Below, in pieces: positions 38,285 to 48,902 of a DNA stretch of 64,000 nt. Origin of the DNA: Candidatus Kapaibacterium sp. (GTDB lineage Bacteria > Bacteroidota > Ignavibacteria > Palsa-1295). How positions within the stretch are numbered: the first letter of the stretch is position 1; the number at the start of each line of letters is the position of its first letter. The notes under the pieces were generated by a model. That model did no database searches. It worked only from the letters and a program-made list of their open reading frames with translations, and was not told the DNA's origin. The position numbers and the translations under genes are program-made. Location of the stretch: NCBI GenBank assembly GCA_038229915.1, contig JBBRNY010000002.1, forward strand, positions 2,472 to 66,471. The letters run 5' to 3'.

Positions 38285-39208
38285 ATGAACATCGTCTCTC
38301 TGCATTCAGTCACGAAACGATACGGCTCGGCACTTGCTGTTGATAATGTTTCGCTTGACATTCCAAGCGGATGTATCTTCGGGCTTTTAGGTCCTAATGG
38401 TGCCGGAAAAACATCGACGATACGAATGCTCAATCTTATTACCCTGCCTGATAGTGGTACGATCGAGATGTTTGGCGAAGCGCAAAAGCCGGAACATCAA
38501 GACAAGATCGGGTATATGCCCGAAGAACGCGGACTGTATCGCAAACTTCCCGTACGCGAACAGCTTGAATATATGGGGTTGCTGAGGGGGCTGTCGAAAG
38601 ATCAACTCAAAACAAATATTGATTATTGGCTTGACCGATTTGAGATCCAGACTTGGGCAAAGAAAAAAACAGGTGAGCTATCGAAGGGTATGCAACAGAA
38701 ATTGCAATTCATCGTCACGCTGCTCCACGACCCCGAACTCTTAATTCTCGATGAACCGCTCTCAGGGCTTGACCCGATCAATGCCGAGATCATCAATGAT
38801 ATTATGCTCGATCTGAAGAAGAAAGGGAAGACGATCATTCTCTCGACCCATCGGATGGAACAAGTAGAAGAACTCTGCGATGAGATCGCATTAATGAACC
38901 TTGGTAAAGTCGTTGTCTCAGGTACGCTTCGCAATGTCAAAGGTGCGAAAGGTAAGAAGATGGTAAAAGTCGTGTTTGATGGCGACGATCATTTTATGAA
39001 TGAACTTGACAAGTTCAATATAAGAATCGCCGAAAAGCACCCGAATCAATTACTGATAGAATTGCTGCCCGGTGCGGTGCCGAACGAAATATTGCAATTC
39101 ATTGCCTCGAAGGTTTCGGTTATCACCTGGAATATGATCGAGCCGCCGTTGAAAGAAATATTCCTCGATGCGGTCAATAACAACGGCGCCTCATTTCAAC
39201 ACGCATAA
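38285..39208 (+). CDS. ABC transporter ATP-binding protein (ABC-2 exporter type)
   Basis: Walker A GPNGAGKTS, signature LSKGMQQKL, Walker B LLILDEPLSGLD. Confidence 0.85.
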   Translation: MNIVSLHSVTKRYGSALAVDNVSLDIPSGCIFGLLGPNGAGKTSTIRMLNLITLPDSGTIEMFGEAQKPEHQDKIGYMPEERGLYRKLPVREQLEYMGLLRGLSKDQLKTNIDYWLDRFEIQTWAKKKTGELSKGMQQKLQFIVTLLHDPELLILDEPLSGLDPINAEIINDIMLDLKKKGKTIILSTHRMEQVEELCDEIALMNLGKVVVSGTLRNVKGAKGKKMVKVVFDGDDHFMNELDKFNIRIAEKHPNQLLIELLPGAVPNEILQFIASKVSVITWNMIEPPLKEIFLDAVNNNGASFQHA

Positions 39209-39219
39209 ATTTTATTACT

Positions 39220-40497
39220 ATGAACAAAGTCTCGATCATCATTCGCCACGAATTTCGTCAGAAGATTCGCTCGAAAGCATTTATTGTAATGACGGTGCTG
39301 GCGCCTGTTCTGATGGCTGTTGCTTTTGGTATTCCGATCTTGATCGCGGTGCTGGGCGGCGACAATCTCAAACGAGTGATAGTCGTTGATAAAACGAATG
39401 TGCTCGGTTCGTACTTTACGAAAAAAAGTGCCGACAAGCCCAATAAGAAAAAAGATTCAACGGGGCTACAATTGCAAGTGCTTGCGGCGAGTGCGATAAG
39501 CGGCAATACGATAGACTCACTGAAGAAATTACTCTCGGCAAAAGACATCGAAGGATATTTCGTTATTCCCCAAGCGGCAATAAGCGATACGAATGTTTCG
39601 GCTACGCTACGACTTTCAAACACGAATGATTTTAGTGTTGAACAATATATTTCTTCACGCTACGAAGAAGGCTTATTTAGCGAACGGATGCGCTCGAGCG
39701 GCATTGATGCCGATCTTGTACGCAGGGCACAGAGCACACACAAGATCGAAACGTTGAAAGTATCAGAAGGAAAAGAATCGAACGATAACGGCATCGGATT
39801 CTCTGCAGGATACATTACCGGATTTTTTATTTACTTGTCGATGATCTTGTACGGTTCGCTGATTATGCAATCGGTGATCGAAGAAAAAAGCACACGCGTG
39901 ATCGAGTTGCTTGCCTCATCCGCACGTCCGATTGATATTTTGATCGGCAAAGTGATCGGTGTTGGTTTGGCGGGGCTGTTACAGGTTTCGGTATGGGCGA
40001 TGATGTTCGCGGCGGTAGCGTGGTTCGCATTGCCGGCGATCTTATCATCTGCAGGTTCTTCACTGACGATGTTTCTGTCGCCGACGCTTTTTATTTATTT
40101 TGTATTATACTTCTTGTTCGGCTATCTCATTTATGCAACACTGTATGCCGGAGCCGGCGCAACAGTCGAGCAGGCGAGCGACGCACAACAAGTGACGCTG
40201 CCGATCACGATGTTAAACGTGATCTCATTTATCACACTCACAACCGTCATCCAAGCACCATCGAGCACGACGAGCGTCATATTATCGCTGATACCGTTCT
40301 TCTCGCCCGTACTGATGATGGGTCGCATCTTCAGCGAAACACCACCGCTTTGGCAGATACTATTATCATTCGTGTTAATGGGGGCAACCTTCTTTGGTGT
40401 GCTCTGGATCTCAGCCCGAGTCTATCGTACAGGCATCTTAATGTACGGAAAAAAATACACGTTCCGCGAGATCATTAAATGGGTGCGCTATAGTTGA
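39220..40497 (+). CDS. ABC-2 family transporter permease with large N-terminal periplasmic loop (NatB-like)
   Basis: 425 aa; TM1, ~150-aa extracytoplasmic segment, then 5 TM helices. Confidence 0.75.
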   Translation: MNKVSIIIRHEFRQKIRSKAFIVMTVLAPVLMAVAFGIPILIAVLGGDNLKRVIVVDKTNVLGSYFTKKSADKPNKKKDSTGLQLQVLAASAISGNTIDSLKKLLSAKDIEGYFVIPQAAISDTNVSATLRLSNTNDFSVEQYISSRYEEGLFSERMRSSGIDADLVRRAQSTHKIETLKVSEGKESNDNGIGFSAGYITGFFIYLSMILYGSLIMQSVIEEKSTRVIELLASSARPIDILIGKVIGVGLAGLLQVSVWAMMFAAVAWFALPAILSSAGSSLTMFLSPTLFIYFVLYFLFGYLIYATLYAGAGATVEQASDAQQVTLPITMLNVISFITLTTVIQAPSSTTSVILSLIPFFSPVLMMGRIFSETPPLWQILLSFVLMGATFFGVLWISARVYRTGILMYGKKYTFREIIKWVRYS

Positions 40498-40507
40498 GCG
40501 TGGGGAT

Positions 40508-40744
40508 TTACAAATCCTCTGATCGATAAAAATAAATGCTATCGTGCTGGCTTTGCTCGCCGCTGACGATGTTGGTCTCGTACTTGACGGCCTCGTAGCG
40601 CGGAATGCCTTCGATGAGTTCTTTGCTCTGCTTGTCATATTCTGCGCCGATCCTTTCCTGGATCGAATGGATGCCGCGATACTCCGCATCGAAGGTGCCA
40701 GGCGCGTCAGTGGTAAAATCATATAACTTAAAGATGATGCTCAT
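40508..40744 (-). CDS. hypothetical small protein (78 aa) downstream of WD40 cargo gene
   Basis: ATG 40744, 13 nt after upstream stop; protein-like composition (…YDFTTDAPGTFDAEYRGIHSIQERIGAEYDK…). Confidence 0.35.
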   Translation of the reverse strand: MSIIFKLYDFTTDAPGTFDAEYRGIHSIQERIGAEYDKQSKELIEGIPRYEAVKYETNIVSGEQSQHDSIYFYRSEDL

Positions 40745-40757
40745 AATGATTAATCTG

Positions 40758-42923
40758 TTAATGGAAAATTATTACTTTTTTGGTGGAAAAGGCATGCTCA
40801 GTCTTTATGAGAAGAGTGTAGACTCCCGAAGCAAAATTATTGCAAGAGATCGAGATTGGCGCTTCTTCGGAACCCGGAAAGAAACCAGCATACACCTCTG
40901 TCCCTCTGGTGTCTAACAATGATAAATGGATCGCCGATTTATTTTGCGATGGGTTAAGTCTGACTACAAACTTTTCGTTTGCTGGCGTGGGGAATACATC
41001 GATATTATCTTCAAAAACTGGGATAACATGACTCTGAAGTTTAGCAGGAAGAGCCCAGCAGCTTACACTACCGTCGGTGCCACCTGCCGCGAGGAATTTA
41101 GCATTTGGTGATACAGAAAAAACTGGAAAATCAGTTGTATTTGAGGTAAATGAATATACCAGTTTCTGGTCTCCAGGAATAAGTGAAGTAATGTCTTTTA
41201 CGCGGATAGACGAATCATAACAAGAGCCGAATAAATAATTCCCTGCCGGAGAAAATAAGAGTCCATTGTTGCTCCCTGTAATATAGAATCCGCTAAGGGG
41301 AGTTTGTGATTCAAGCAAAAATGCTGTTCGGGAATTCGAACTAGAGCCGATAACATACCGATTGTCTCTACTAAAATCAATAGAAACAGCTTTCCCAGAC
41401 AGCCAGAAATGAAAGTAATGATTCCAAGCATCAGTGTAATAGATGAATGCTTCTCCATTTTCCGTACCGGAAGCAATGCCAAGATACTTCCCGTCAGCCG
41501 AGAACTGAAGGTATTGCGGAATAGACGGCAATGTTTCAATTTTTATAAGAGCAGAGGAAAATGCGTCCCAAATGTAAACTGAGCTATCTTTCGCTCCAGC
41601 AACGATGTTCTTCCCATCTGGAGAAACCGCTATACAAGTGAAAAAATGTTGCACCTTTAACTTCACGGTTGGATAATAACTTTGTATCAACGATCCGCTC
41701 GACAGATCAAAGCATTTTACAGTATTCTGAGAACCTGTCGTGAAGACCAGTTTGCCGTCTGATGAACAAGCAATCTTCCTGACCGAAATGGAATCAGCAT
41801 AGATTGAACCATATTTCTTTCCTGTTTCAGCATTAAAAATTTTAATGTTTGGCTCATACCCTGCCGCTACTAAAAATCTTTCATCCCCGGTAAATTGTAC
41901 ATCGGATGTACCTCTGAATGCAAATACATCTTTTATAATCGAAAGGGATGGTGAGTCGTATAAAAAAATATTGTCTAATGCGAGGACTAAAAGAGAGTCT
42001 CCGGTATAGGAAGGTGCGGCAACCTTTGAGAATTCAACAGGTGACTCAAAAATTAAAGAAAGATTTTCCGTTGATAGGGTCGTTATAATATTTCCATGAT
42101 TAAGGGTAATCACACTACCGTTCGAAGAAAGCCTAATAGAGGATGGAACGTCATGTAAAGGATACCTATTCACAATACTATCTTTCTGCCAATCAATTTT
42201 CTTCAGTTCAAACTTTGAATCAACAATAAACAGATATTTCCCATCTAACGAAATTGACCCAGCCCAAATATATCCATCAGCTGATTTTAAAGTCTTCTGT
42301 ACTGTATTATTTATTACATCATAGATATTGATACCACTACCATTGATGCCAGGCATAAAAAGCTTCTTAGAATCAGTGGAAAAAGCTAAGAACGGGGTAG
42401 CTTGTCCGTCAAATGTTTTGGTTATTTCATACCCAAGACCATTTCTTTTGCAAAGAATAATGTTTTGTGTTGTAGCTGCCAGATCAGTTTCACAAATGTA
42501 ATCCGAATTCCCTGACACAGCAATAGCGGTAGCATAGCCTTGTGTCATAAAAAAAGAGCGTTGAGTGCCTGATTCGACATCCCATATTTCTGTTCTTCCA
42601 AATTTACTTGCAACAGCAAGTTTCGAATCACTGGAGAGTTGCATCATCTTAATACCACCACCCCCAGTAAAAGGAGTGCCCAATGATTTTATTAGATGAC
42701 AAGATGGAAATTCCATTTTTTTTATCGTCCCATCAGCTCCGCTCGTCAGGAAGAACGTATTGTCTTTCGAAAGAACGAGATCCGTAGCAGCATCGTAAAA
42801 TTTACCGGCATAGATCCAAGAAGGAGTGTTGATAACCTCCTGTGCCATCCCCAGCCGATTACCGACTAGCAGCAATAGGCTGGGGATCAAGCAGAACTGA
42901 GCAAATCTAATATGAAACGACAT
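40758..42923 (-). CDS. secreted WD40/beta-propeller repeat protein with C-terminal FlgD-Ig-like/T9SS-type sorting domain
   Basis: Signal peptide MSFHIRFAQFCLIPSLLLLVGNRLGMAQE; multiple S(P/A)DGK-type propeller blades; C-terminal ...KFVVRLNPSQNKSAIHLSLLDTRGTEVY...GVYTLLIKTEHAF... Confidence 0.7.
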   Translation of the reverse strand: MSFHIRFAQFCLIPSLLLLVGNRLGMAQEVINTPSWIYAGKFYDAATDLVLSKDNTFFLTSGADGTIKKMEFPSCHLIKSLGTPFTGGGGIKMMQLSSDSKLAVASKFGRTEIWDVESGTQRSFFMTQGYATAIAVSGNSDYICETDLAATTQNIILCKRNGLGYEITKTFDGQATPFLAFSTDSKKLFMPGINGSGINIYDVINNTVQKTLKSADGYIWAGSISLDGKYLFIVDSKFELKKIDWQKDSIVNRYPLHDVPSSIRLSSNGSVITLNHGNIITTLSTENLSLIFESPVEFSKVAAPSYTGDSLLVLALDNIFLYDSPSLSIIKDVFAFRGTSDVQFTGDERFLVAAGYEPNIKIFNAETGKKYGSIYADSISVRKIACSSDGKLVFTTGSQNTVKCFDLSSGSLIQSYYPTVKLKVQHFFTCIAVSPDGKNIVAGAKDSSVYIWDAFSSALIKIETLPSIPQYLQFSADGKYLGIASGTENGEAFIYYTDAWNHYFHFWLSGKAVSIDFSRDNRYVIGSSSNSRTAFLLESQTPLSGFYITGSNNGLLFSPAGNYLFGSCYDSSIRVKDITSLIPGDQKLVYSFTSNTTDFPVFSVSPNAKFLAAGGTDGSVSCWALPAKLQSHVIPVFEDNIDVFPTPANEKFVVRLNPSQNKSAIHLSLLDTRGTEVYAGFFPGSEEAPISISCNNFASGVYTLLIKTEHAFSTKKVIIFH

Positions 42924-43136
42924 TATGGTTATTTTAGAGTTACTAATTTTTCCCAATTGACTCTACGGTTAATCGCTAATAATATTTAAAGCCCCTCTTG
43001 GGATGATGTATATATAAGTCTCTTTTTTAACCAACTTATTCGTATATAGATTCTTTACAAATTGGGGATAGGATGGAGACCCGGTCGGGGAACGTCGTTT
43101 GGGTTCGGGTGGTTAATGTGTCCGTTCGCACCAATT

Positions 43137-43223
43137 GGAGAGGTGGCAGAGTGGTCGAATGCGGCGGTCTCGAAAACCGTTATACTCGCAAGGGTATCGA
43201 GAGTTCGAATCTCTCCCTCTCCG
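43137..43223 (+). tRNA. tRNA-Ser (anticodon CGA), type II with long variable arm
   Basis: Manual fold: acceptor GGAGAGG/CCTCTCC, anticodon stem GCGGT/ACCGT, loop CTCGAAA, 18-nt variable arm, T-arm GAGAG-TTCGAAT-CTCTC, discriminator G. Confidence 0.85.
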
Positions 43224-43245
43224 CTCTTTACTCATTGTAGCTCCT

Positions 43246-43938
43246 ATGAAATCCCTTTTTTTTCTTTTTCTCCTTTCTTGTACTATTCCATCTTTTGTGT
43301 TTGCGCAAGGTTTTGATAAAACTGATATGGGCAAAGTAAGTGAAGTCAATCCTTATAATATTAAAATAAAGCCAAGATCTTCCGAACTCTATAATAAAGG
43401 CTACAAGCTTGAACATGAAAATAAGTTCGATGAGGCTATTGTAGCATATAAAAATGCTATTGCTGTTGATCCGTCAAACATTGATGCGTATGATAATGCC
43501 GGGCTTTGTTATAGAAGAATCGGTAATCTTGATAGTGCAGAGCATTATTATAAACTTTCGATTCAACTCTACCCAGCAGGAACAGTAGCCCGGCAAGATA
43601 TTGCATCGCTCTATACACAAGAAAAAAAATATGACGAAGCAACCGAAGAATATAACGCTATCATAAAACTCGAACCGAAAAATCCTGAGGGCTATTATGG
43701 ATTAGGGCAATTACTCCTTGAGATCAATAAGCCCAAAGAATCGCTCGAGCCATTGAACAAAGCCGACAAACTTTACGCGGAGGCAAAGAACGCGTTGCAA
43801 ATGGACACACAATATATGCTTGGTGTCGCGTATTTATATATGAAAGATCAAGAAAAAGCAAAGTCCTATATTAACAAGTCGCGCCAAATGGGAAGAGAAA
43901 TTCCACCATCACTTCTTGATGCCGTTGGCTTAAAATAA
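43246..43938 (+). CDS. tetratricopeptide-repeat protein with signal peptide
   Basis: MKSLFFLFLLSCTIPSFVFAQ then ≥4 TPR units (…YNKGYKLEHENKFDEAIVAYKNAIAVDPSN…); ATG 43246 (track extension runs through the tRNA). Confidence 0.75.
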   Translation: MKSLFFLFLLSCTIPSFVFAQGFDKTDMGKVSEVNPYNIKIKPRSSELYNKGYKLEHENKFDEAIVAYKNAIAVDPSNIDAYDNAGLCYRRIGNLDSAEHYYKLSIQLYPAGTVARQDIASLYTQEKKYDEATEEYNAIIKLEPKNPEGYYGLGQLLLEINKPKESLEPLNKADKLYAEAKNALQMDTQYMLGVAYLYMKDQEKAKSYINKSRQMGREIPPSLLDAVGLK

Positions 43939-43943
43939 TTTGA

Positions 43944-46900
43944 TCATCGGTCTCTGATAATCACAAATTTCGACTCGTTCGTTTTTACAGAATTTCCGGC
44001 GTCGTCTTTTCCGGTGACGTGATAGATATATACTCCACTCGGAAGTGCTTTTGCGTTTTCGTCGCGCATATCCCATTGCACGCCACCTGAGCGGTCGATG
44101 GTGGTGATGCGTTTTAAGAATCTCATCTCCGTAGAATAAATACTAATTTCAGCTTGCGCGGTGAGCCCAGCAAAGGTTATCGTTTCATCACTAGCGCGAA
44201 CGGGGCTTGGATAGACAAACACATGGTCGAGCGAAGCCGCAGTTGGTGTTTCGCCGAGACAATTTCCGGTTGGTGTTTCGAGCGGACTGGATTCTCCCGT
44301 GATATTATCGATACACAACACATACGATCTGCCGATAGGGTTGAGCACTGTGTTTGGGCTGAGTTCAAGATAGAGTGCAGTGTCGTTGAGTGGGTCGCGG
44401 GTGATATTCACAATTTTCCCAAACGGTGAGAGTGTATAATGCGAAGGGTCGAGAGCATTATCATCAGGACGCAGAGAAAACTCGACATGAATCCTCCTCG
44501 AACCTTCGAAGCGCCAACGGACAATATAAAATTGTATCGGATAATGAACGATCGGTGGAGTCCATTGAAGTTTTGCTGTTGTATCAAACGGTGAATTCCA
44601 AATATCGCGCACATCAAATGATCGGATACGGAGCGTATGTGTTTGTGATCCAACGGGTGTTGTATCGAGTGTGAGGATGATCAGACTATCGCCGCCGATG
44701 ATCGCGCTCGATGCACCGATACGTTCATCGATCACAAATTGATCGCCACTGAGTGGTGATGTTGAAAGCAACTGACTTGTATGAAGACGAAGTCTATTCT
44801 GATCCCACGAATTAATTGTCACTCTTGGAGTCGGATGCACAAAGCAGAAAATTCCGGGCGCAGGGGTACTCGAAGGATTAGTGAACGTCGGCACGAATGA
44901 TGCAACTGAATAAATATAGGTTTCGCCATTCGCGACATCGCTATCAATATAGTTTGTCGTTGCGGTAGAGTCAATGACGACATACTGTGCATTCGGCACA
45001 TTCGGTGCGCGGAGAATATAATATTGTGTCGCGTTTTGTATGGGCGACCAATGCAGATCGACACGATCGACATCACGAGGAATCACTTCAAGCCCTGCAG
45101 GGGCAGGAGCTTTATCTGTTAAAGACTGATCTTGCTCGAAGAAATTAATCGAATCGCCGGCGGTAAAACCAAATTCACGTTTGCCGTTGCCATCAAAATC
45201 AAAAGCGATCGCACCGCGCGGAGAATTCGCGATCGGGAAATGCCAGATGGGGCGCATCGTATTTTTCGCGGCATCAAACTCTAATAAATAAAAATTGGGA
45301 AAAAGCGACAGCACGAGATCGTCATACTTATTTCCGGTTACCGAGTGCACACTGCCGAGGCTCGAACGATACGGCGTTGATGAGCGAGCGGTATTAAAGT
45401 GATCGATGTATGCAGTTCGGAATGAGTCGTTGCCGAGATTGAACAATACTTTCACTGTCCAATAATTAAAATCATATTCATTGTCATCATTGACATCATA
45501 CGACTTGTGAAATGCAATAGCAATATCAGGTTTGCCATCGCCATTAAAGTCGCCAACAGCAATGTTGCGGCTTTCGCTGTTGCCGTCGTTCTGATCGGTG
45601 AAGATCGTCGTAAAAGACGAAGCAGAAGATGGGTCGTATTTAAAAATACTTAGATCAGCATCATCGTCAAGTATTACAATTTGTTTTGTACCGTTGCCGA
45701 GGAAATCGGCACTGCGCGAATCAGCGATACTATAATTATTCGCCGCATAGTGTGGCGCGGGGAGCGTAGTATTTATCAAGGAGCCGAGCTTTGTGCGAGT
45801 CGGTAATAATTTATTTACTTCGAATTGCTGATACAATGAGTTGCCAGATCTGATAGTTGCCAGCGCAACCAATTCGTCTTTGCCATCTGCATCGACATCG
45901 GTTAGCGAAGTGGCGAAGAGCAAACCGGTGCTCGTATCAACATACGATAGATCGCCAAGGATAGAATGTGCGGCGTTGCCGTGATAGATATAAATATCGT
46001 TTCCGGAGCCTTGCAAAAGTATTTCGGGTTTTCCATCGCCGGTGATGTTGCCGACCGAACGCGGAAGAGCTTGAATGTTGAGTGAGTCAGTCCCAAAAAA
46101 CTTATTCTTCGTTTTGTTAAATGTAAATACTGTTACCGCACCATAATTCGCTCCGCCGGGCGCAATGCTCTCGATGACATTACTATTGCCCGATGTTGTG
46201 ATGACGCTGTCGAGCAAGTATCCGCTTGGGAGTGAATACGGTTTTTGTACAAAACCAGTATGTGAGATCGCTTCGTTCGGAAGTGTTGCAGTTGTCGATA
46301 AAGACGAAGAATCACCCGAGGATGTTCGCAACACGATCTTCAATTCGAGGGGCACTCCGGCTTCGACATCATTGGTTGTTAGCGTGATATAATGATTTTT
46401 TGTTGAGCGATCATCATTCTTTGCTTGCCAAGAGTTTGTGCTGTTTAACGTTCGATAAAGAAGTGTCGCACGAGTAACCGATGCACTGCGAGAAGAAACG
46501 AGTAAAATTCTTTTTTCTTTATCGTAGAGTGTATCGATCTCTAGTGTAGTATTAAATTGTGTTGTATCCGTGAGGACGATATTCATTCGCTCTTCGATAG
46601 TCCGCGAATCGGAAGTTTTCATCGCAAGTCGAAGAGTATAAATGCCGCTTGCAAGATCTTTCGTTTTGAATTGCGTGAGTGTATTGTCAATTACTTGTTT
46701 GTCGCTCGAGTCGATCACGATCCAATTGACAGGGTTCGTGACGTCTGCATCTGGATTTAATCCTTGTGCGTAAGAGAGCGTCCAATAGTTAAAGAGTGGC
46801 GACGCGACAGTGCCGCGAATATTTGCGACCGTGCCTATGTGAAACACATCATCAGTGTTTGGTGAAGCGATCTTTAGTGTCGCAGCACCAACAAATTCGA

Positions 46901-48296
46901 CTGCGCGTTTTGCGTTGACTCTGCCGTTGGCGTGGGTGTGGTCGAAGCCTAAAGGAAATTGATCGTCGGTTGTTGATTCGAGAATGGTGCGAAGATTATC
47001 GTTCGATGCTTTTGGGTGCGATGCAAGAATAAGTCCTGCAACAGCCGCCACTGCCGGAGCAGAAAAACTAGTACCGGATAATACTTGGTAGCCACCGACC
47101 GAAAGAACATTGATGCCACCGCCCGGCGCAATGAGGTCCATTGCTTCGCCGTGTTGCGACTCGACGGCGATCACTTCTTTCCCGTCTTGATCGCGAGTGG
47201 TCATTCCAACAGACATACACTCATCAAAATCGGAAGGGTAATGGCGACCATCGCCACCGGCATTACCACTCGATGCGACCACGAGCACACCTTGTGCTGT
47301 TGCGTAACGAATAGCATCGCGTTGGAGCATTGATGGCACGACATCGCCAAACGAAAGATTCACAATGCGAATGTGATTATTCGCAGCATAAATAATTGCT
47401 GTTGCAATATCATCATCTTCGGCATTGCCTGTTGCGTCGAATGCGCGAAGTGCAACGAGTTTGCATTTGGGAGCGATACCAGCAAGGCCGATCTTATTAT
47501 TTGCAATTGCACCGATCACACTCGCGACAGCTGTACCATGACTGTGAGGCTCCTCATCGAACGGAATGGCATCGCGTGTTTGTGCATCACCAAAATTAAT
47601 ATTTTCTTGATCGACAAAATCATAGCCGATCACATCGTCAATATATCCGTTGCCGTCCTGGTCTATTCCGTCAAGATCGCCACTAACAAGATTGCCACGA
47701 GCATCAAGATGTTTTTCGCTTGAACTCCAGGCATCGAATAGACCATTGTGATTAATATCTTCGAGCGGATTGACAGCAAACTGCCCGATGAGATCGGGAT
47801 GATCCCACTCGACGCCCGTATCAACAAAACCGATATGAATAGTGCTGTCACCTTGCGTTGTCTTCCATGCGCCGAGCACATCCATTGCTGTGTGCGCCCA
47901 TTGCTCGTTATAGAGCGAGTCGTTGGGTTTGGCGAGCAGATCAATATGAGTAATATGATTCGGCTCGGCATACTCGACTTCCGAAAATTTCGAGACTAGC
48001 AATGCAATACTATCAGCAGAAATATTTTTATTTAACGGAAGAATAATAATCCGATCAAGCCCGAATATGTTTATGGTTGAGAGGGTATTGCTGTTGCGAT
48101 CAGGAAGAATTCTTTCGGCGTTAGAAATAGAAACTCGAGAGATAGACGAAAGCACAGTCTGAAGCGGTAACGACGGCGAAGCGAGCGACGAAGCAGTACG
48201 AAACTTGATGACAATGCTCGTCGCAGAACGAGTTTGCGCAAGAGCTGAAGTAACGCTTACGACCAGAACAAGAATGCAAGAAAGAATTCGCTTCAT
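43944..48296 (-). CDS. secreted subtilisin-like serine protease (S8) with FG-GAP/VCBS-like repeats and C-terminal FlgD-Ig-like/T9SS-type sorting domain, 1450 aa
   Basis: Catalytic triad contexts VDTGV (Asp), HSHGTAVAS (His), SGTSFSAPAVAA (Ser); repeats GDFNGDGKPDIA / FDFDGNGKREFG; C-term ...VYPSPVRASDETITF...GVYIYHVTGKDDAGN... Confidence 0.85.
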   Translation of the reverse strand: MKRILSCILVLVVSVTSALAQTRSATSIVIKFRTASSLASPSLPLQTVLSSISRVSISNAERILPDRNSNTLSTINIFGLDRIIILPLNKNISADSIALLVSKFSEVEYAEPNHITHIDLLAKPNDSLYNEQWAHTAMDVLGAWKTTQGDSTIHIGFVDTGVEWDHPDLIGQFAVNPLEDINHNGLFDAWSSSEKHLDARGNLVSGDLDGIDQDGNGYIDDVIGYDFVDQENINFGDAQTRDAIPFDEEPHSHGTAVASVIGAIANNKIGLAGIAPKCKLVALRAFDATGNAEDDDIATAIIYAANNHIRIVNLSFGDVVPSMLQRDAIRYATAQGVLVVASSGNAGGDGRHYPSDFDECMSVGMTTRDQDGKEVIAVESQHGEAMDLIAPGGGINVLSVGGYQVLSGTSFSAPAVAAVAGLILASHPKASNDNLRTILESTTDDQFPLGFDHTHANGRVNAKRAVEFVGAATLKIASPNTDDVFHIGTVANIRGTVASPLFNYWTLSYAQGLNPDADVTNPVNWIVIDSSDKQVIDNTLTQFKTKDLASGIYTLRLAMKTSDSRTIEERMNIVLTDTTQFNTTLEIDTLYDKEKRILLVSSRSASVTRATLLYRTLNSTNSWQAKNDDRSTKNHYITLTTNDVEAGVPLELKIVLRTSSGDSSSLSTTATLPNEAISHTGFVQKPYSLPSGYLLDSVITTSGNSNVIESIAPGGANYGAVTVFTFNKTKNKFFGTDSLNIQALPRSVGNITGDGKPEILLQGSGNDIYIYHGNAAHSILGDLSYVDTSTGLLFATSLTDVDADGKDELVALATIRSGNSLYQQFEVNKLLPTRTKLGSLINTTLPAPHYAANNYSIADSRSADFLGNGTKQIVILDDDADLSIFKYDPSSASSFTTIFTDQNDGNSESRNIAVGDFNGDGKPDIAIAFHKSYDVNDDNEYDFNYWTVKVLFNLGNDSFRTAYIDHFNTARSSTPYRSSLGSVHSVTGNKYDDLVLSLFPNFYLLEFDAAKNTMRPIWHFPIANSPRGAIAFDFDGNGKREFGFTAGDSINFFEQDQSLTDKAPAPAGLEVIPRDVDRVDLHWSPIQNATQYYILRAPNVPNAQYVVIDSTATTNYIDSDVANGETYIYSVASFVPTFTNPSSTPAPGIFCFVHPTPRVTINSWDQNRLRLHTSQLLSTSPLSGDQFVIDERIGASSAIIGGDSLIILTLDTTPVGSQTHTLRIRSFDVRDIWNSPFDTTAKLQWTPPIVHYPIQFYIVRWRFEGSRRIHVEFSLRPDDNALDPSHYTLSPFGKIVNITRDPLNDTALYLELSPNTVLNPIGRSYVLCIDNITGESSPLETPTGNCLGETPTAASLDHVFVYPSPVRASDETITFAGLTAQAEISIYSTEMRFLKRITTIDRSGGVQWDMRDENAKALPSGVYIYHVTGKDDAGNSVKTNESKFVIIRDR

Positions 48297-48419
48297 AAAA
48301 TAAATTAGATCGCAAAAACTAACGAAGTACGGAGCGTCCGCGTTTCGATAATTCAGGGCAGAAATTGAGATACAAATAGAACCGCCGCTCGGGTAAGTCT
48401 GTTACGAAACAACCATTTA

Positions 48420-48902
48420 ATGAAATACTCGCTCTACATACTTTTTGCGTTCTTGCTTCTTGCCAATGGCTGTGACAAAGGGTTAGCCCCGCCGCCGCCC
48501 GAGCAGGTGACCTCGCTGAGCGGCTCGGTGCATTTTACGGGTGTTTTTCCCCCCTGCGACTCGGTAAAAATACTTGCGGTGGTGCTTTCGCAACGTGCTG
48601 CGCCATTTTCGGTAGGCGATATCATTGCCGAGTTTAACAAGACGATCTTTATCAATCAACTTACTTCCTGTTCGTTCAAGGATACTTCGTTTTCGTTTAC
48701 GCTAAAACCAGGGCTGTATAATTATCTCGGTGTTGCACAAAATTATGGTGATAGTCTCTTAAAAGATTGGCGTATCGTTGGCTTTGCTCATGATGCGCTT
48801 GACTCGGCTATTCATTATGATCTAAAAACGGGTGACCATCCGAACAACATTATTTTACGAGTTCGTTTTGATTCACTATCGCGTCAGCCGTTTATTCAAT
48901 GA
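48420..48902 (+). CDS. hypothetical lipoprotein (160 aa)
   Basis: MKYSLYILFAFLLLANGCDKG lipobox-like signal; stop overlaps start of downstream TonB receptor (ATGA). Confidence 0.5.
   Translation: MKYSLYILFAFLLLANGCDKGLAPPPPEQVTSLSGSVHFTGVFPPCDSVKILAVVLSQRAAPFSVGDIIAEFNKTIFINQLTSCSFKDTSFSFTLKPGLYNYLGVAQNYGDSLLKDWRIVGFAHDALDSAIHYDLKTGDHPNNIILRVRFDSLSRQPFIQ

Noticed and set aside
40438-40722. 94-aa minus-strand ORF (Ser/Arg-rich) and 60-aa plus ORF 40544-40726
   Set aside because: Low-complexity junk frames; the alternative frame 40508-40744 gives protein-like sequence.
43062-43245. ORFs reading through tRNA-Ser (43062-43316 and the 5-prime part of 43135-43938)
   Set aside because: Overlap a confidently folded tRNA; TPR gene starts at 43246 with its own signal peptide.
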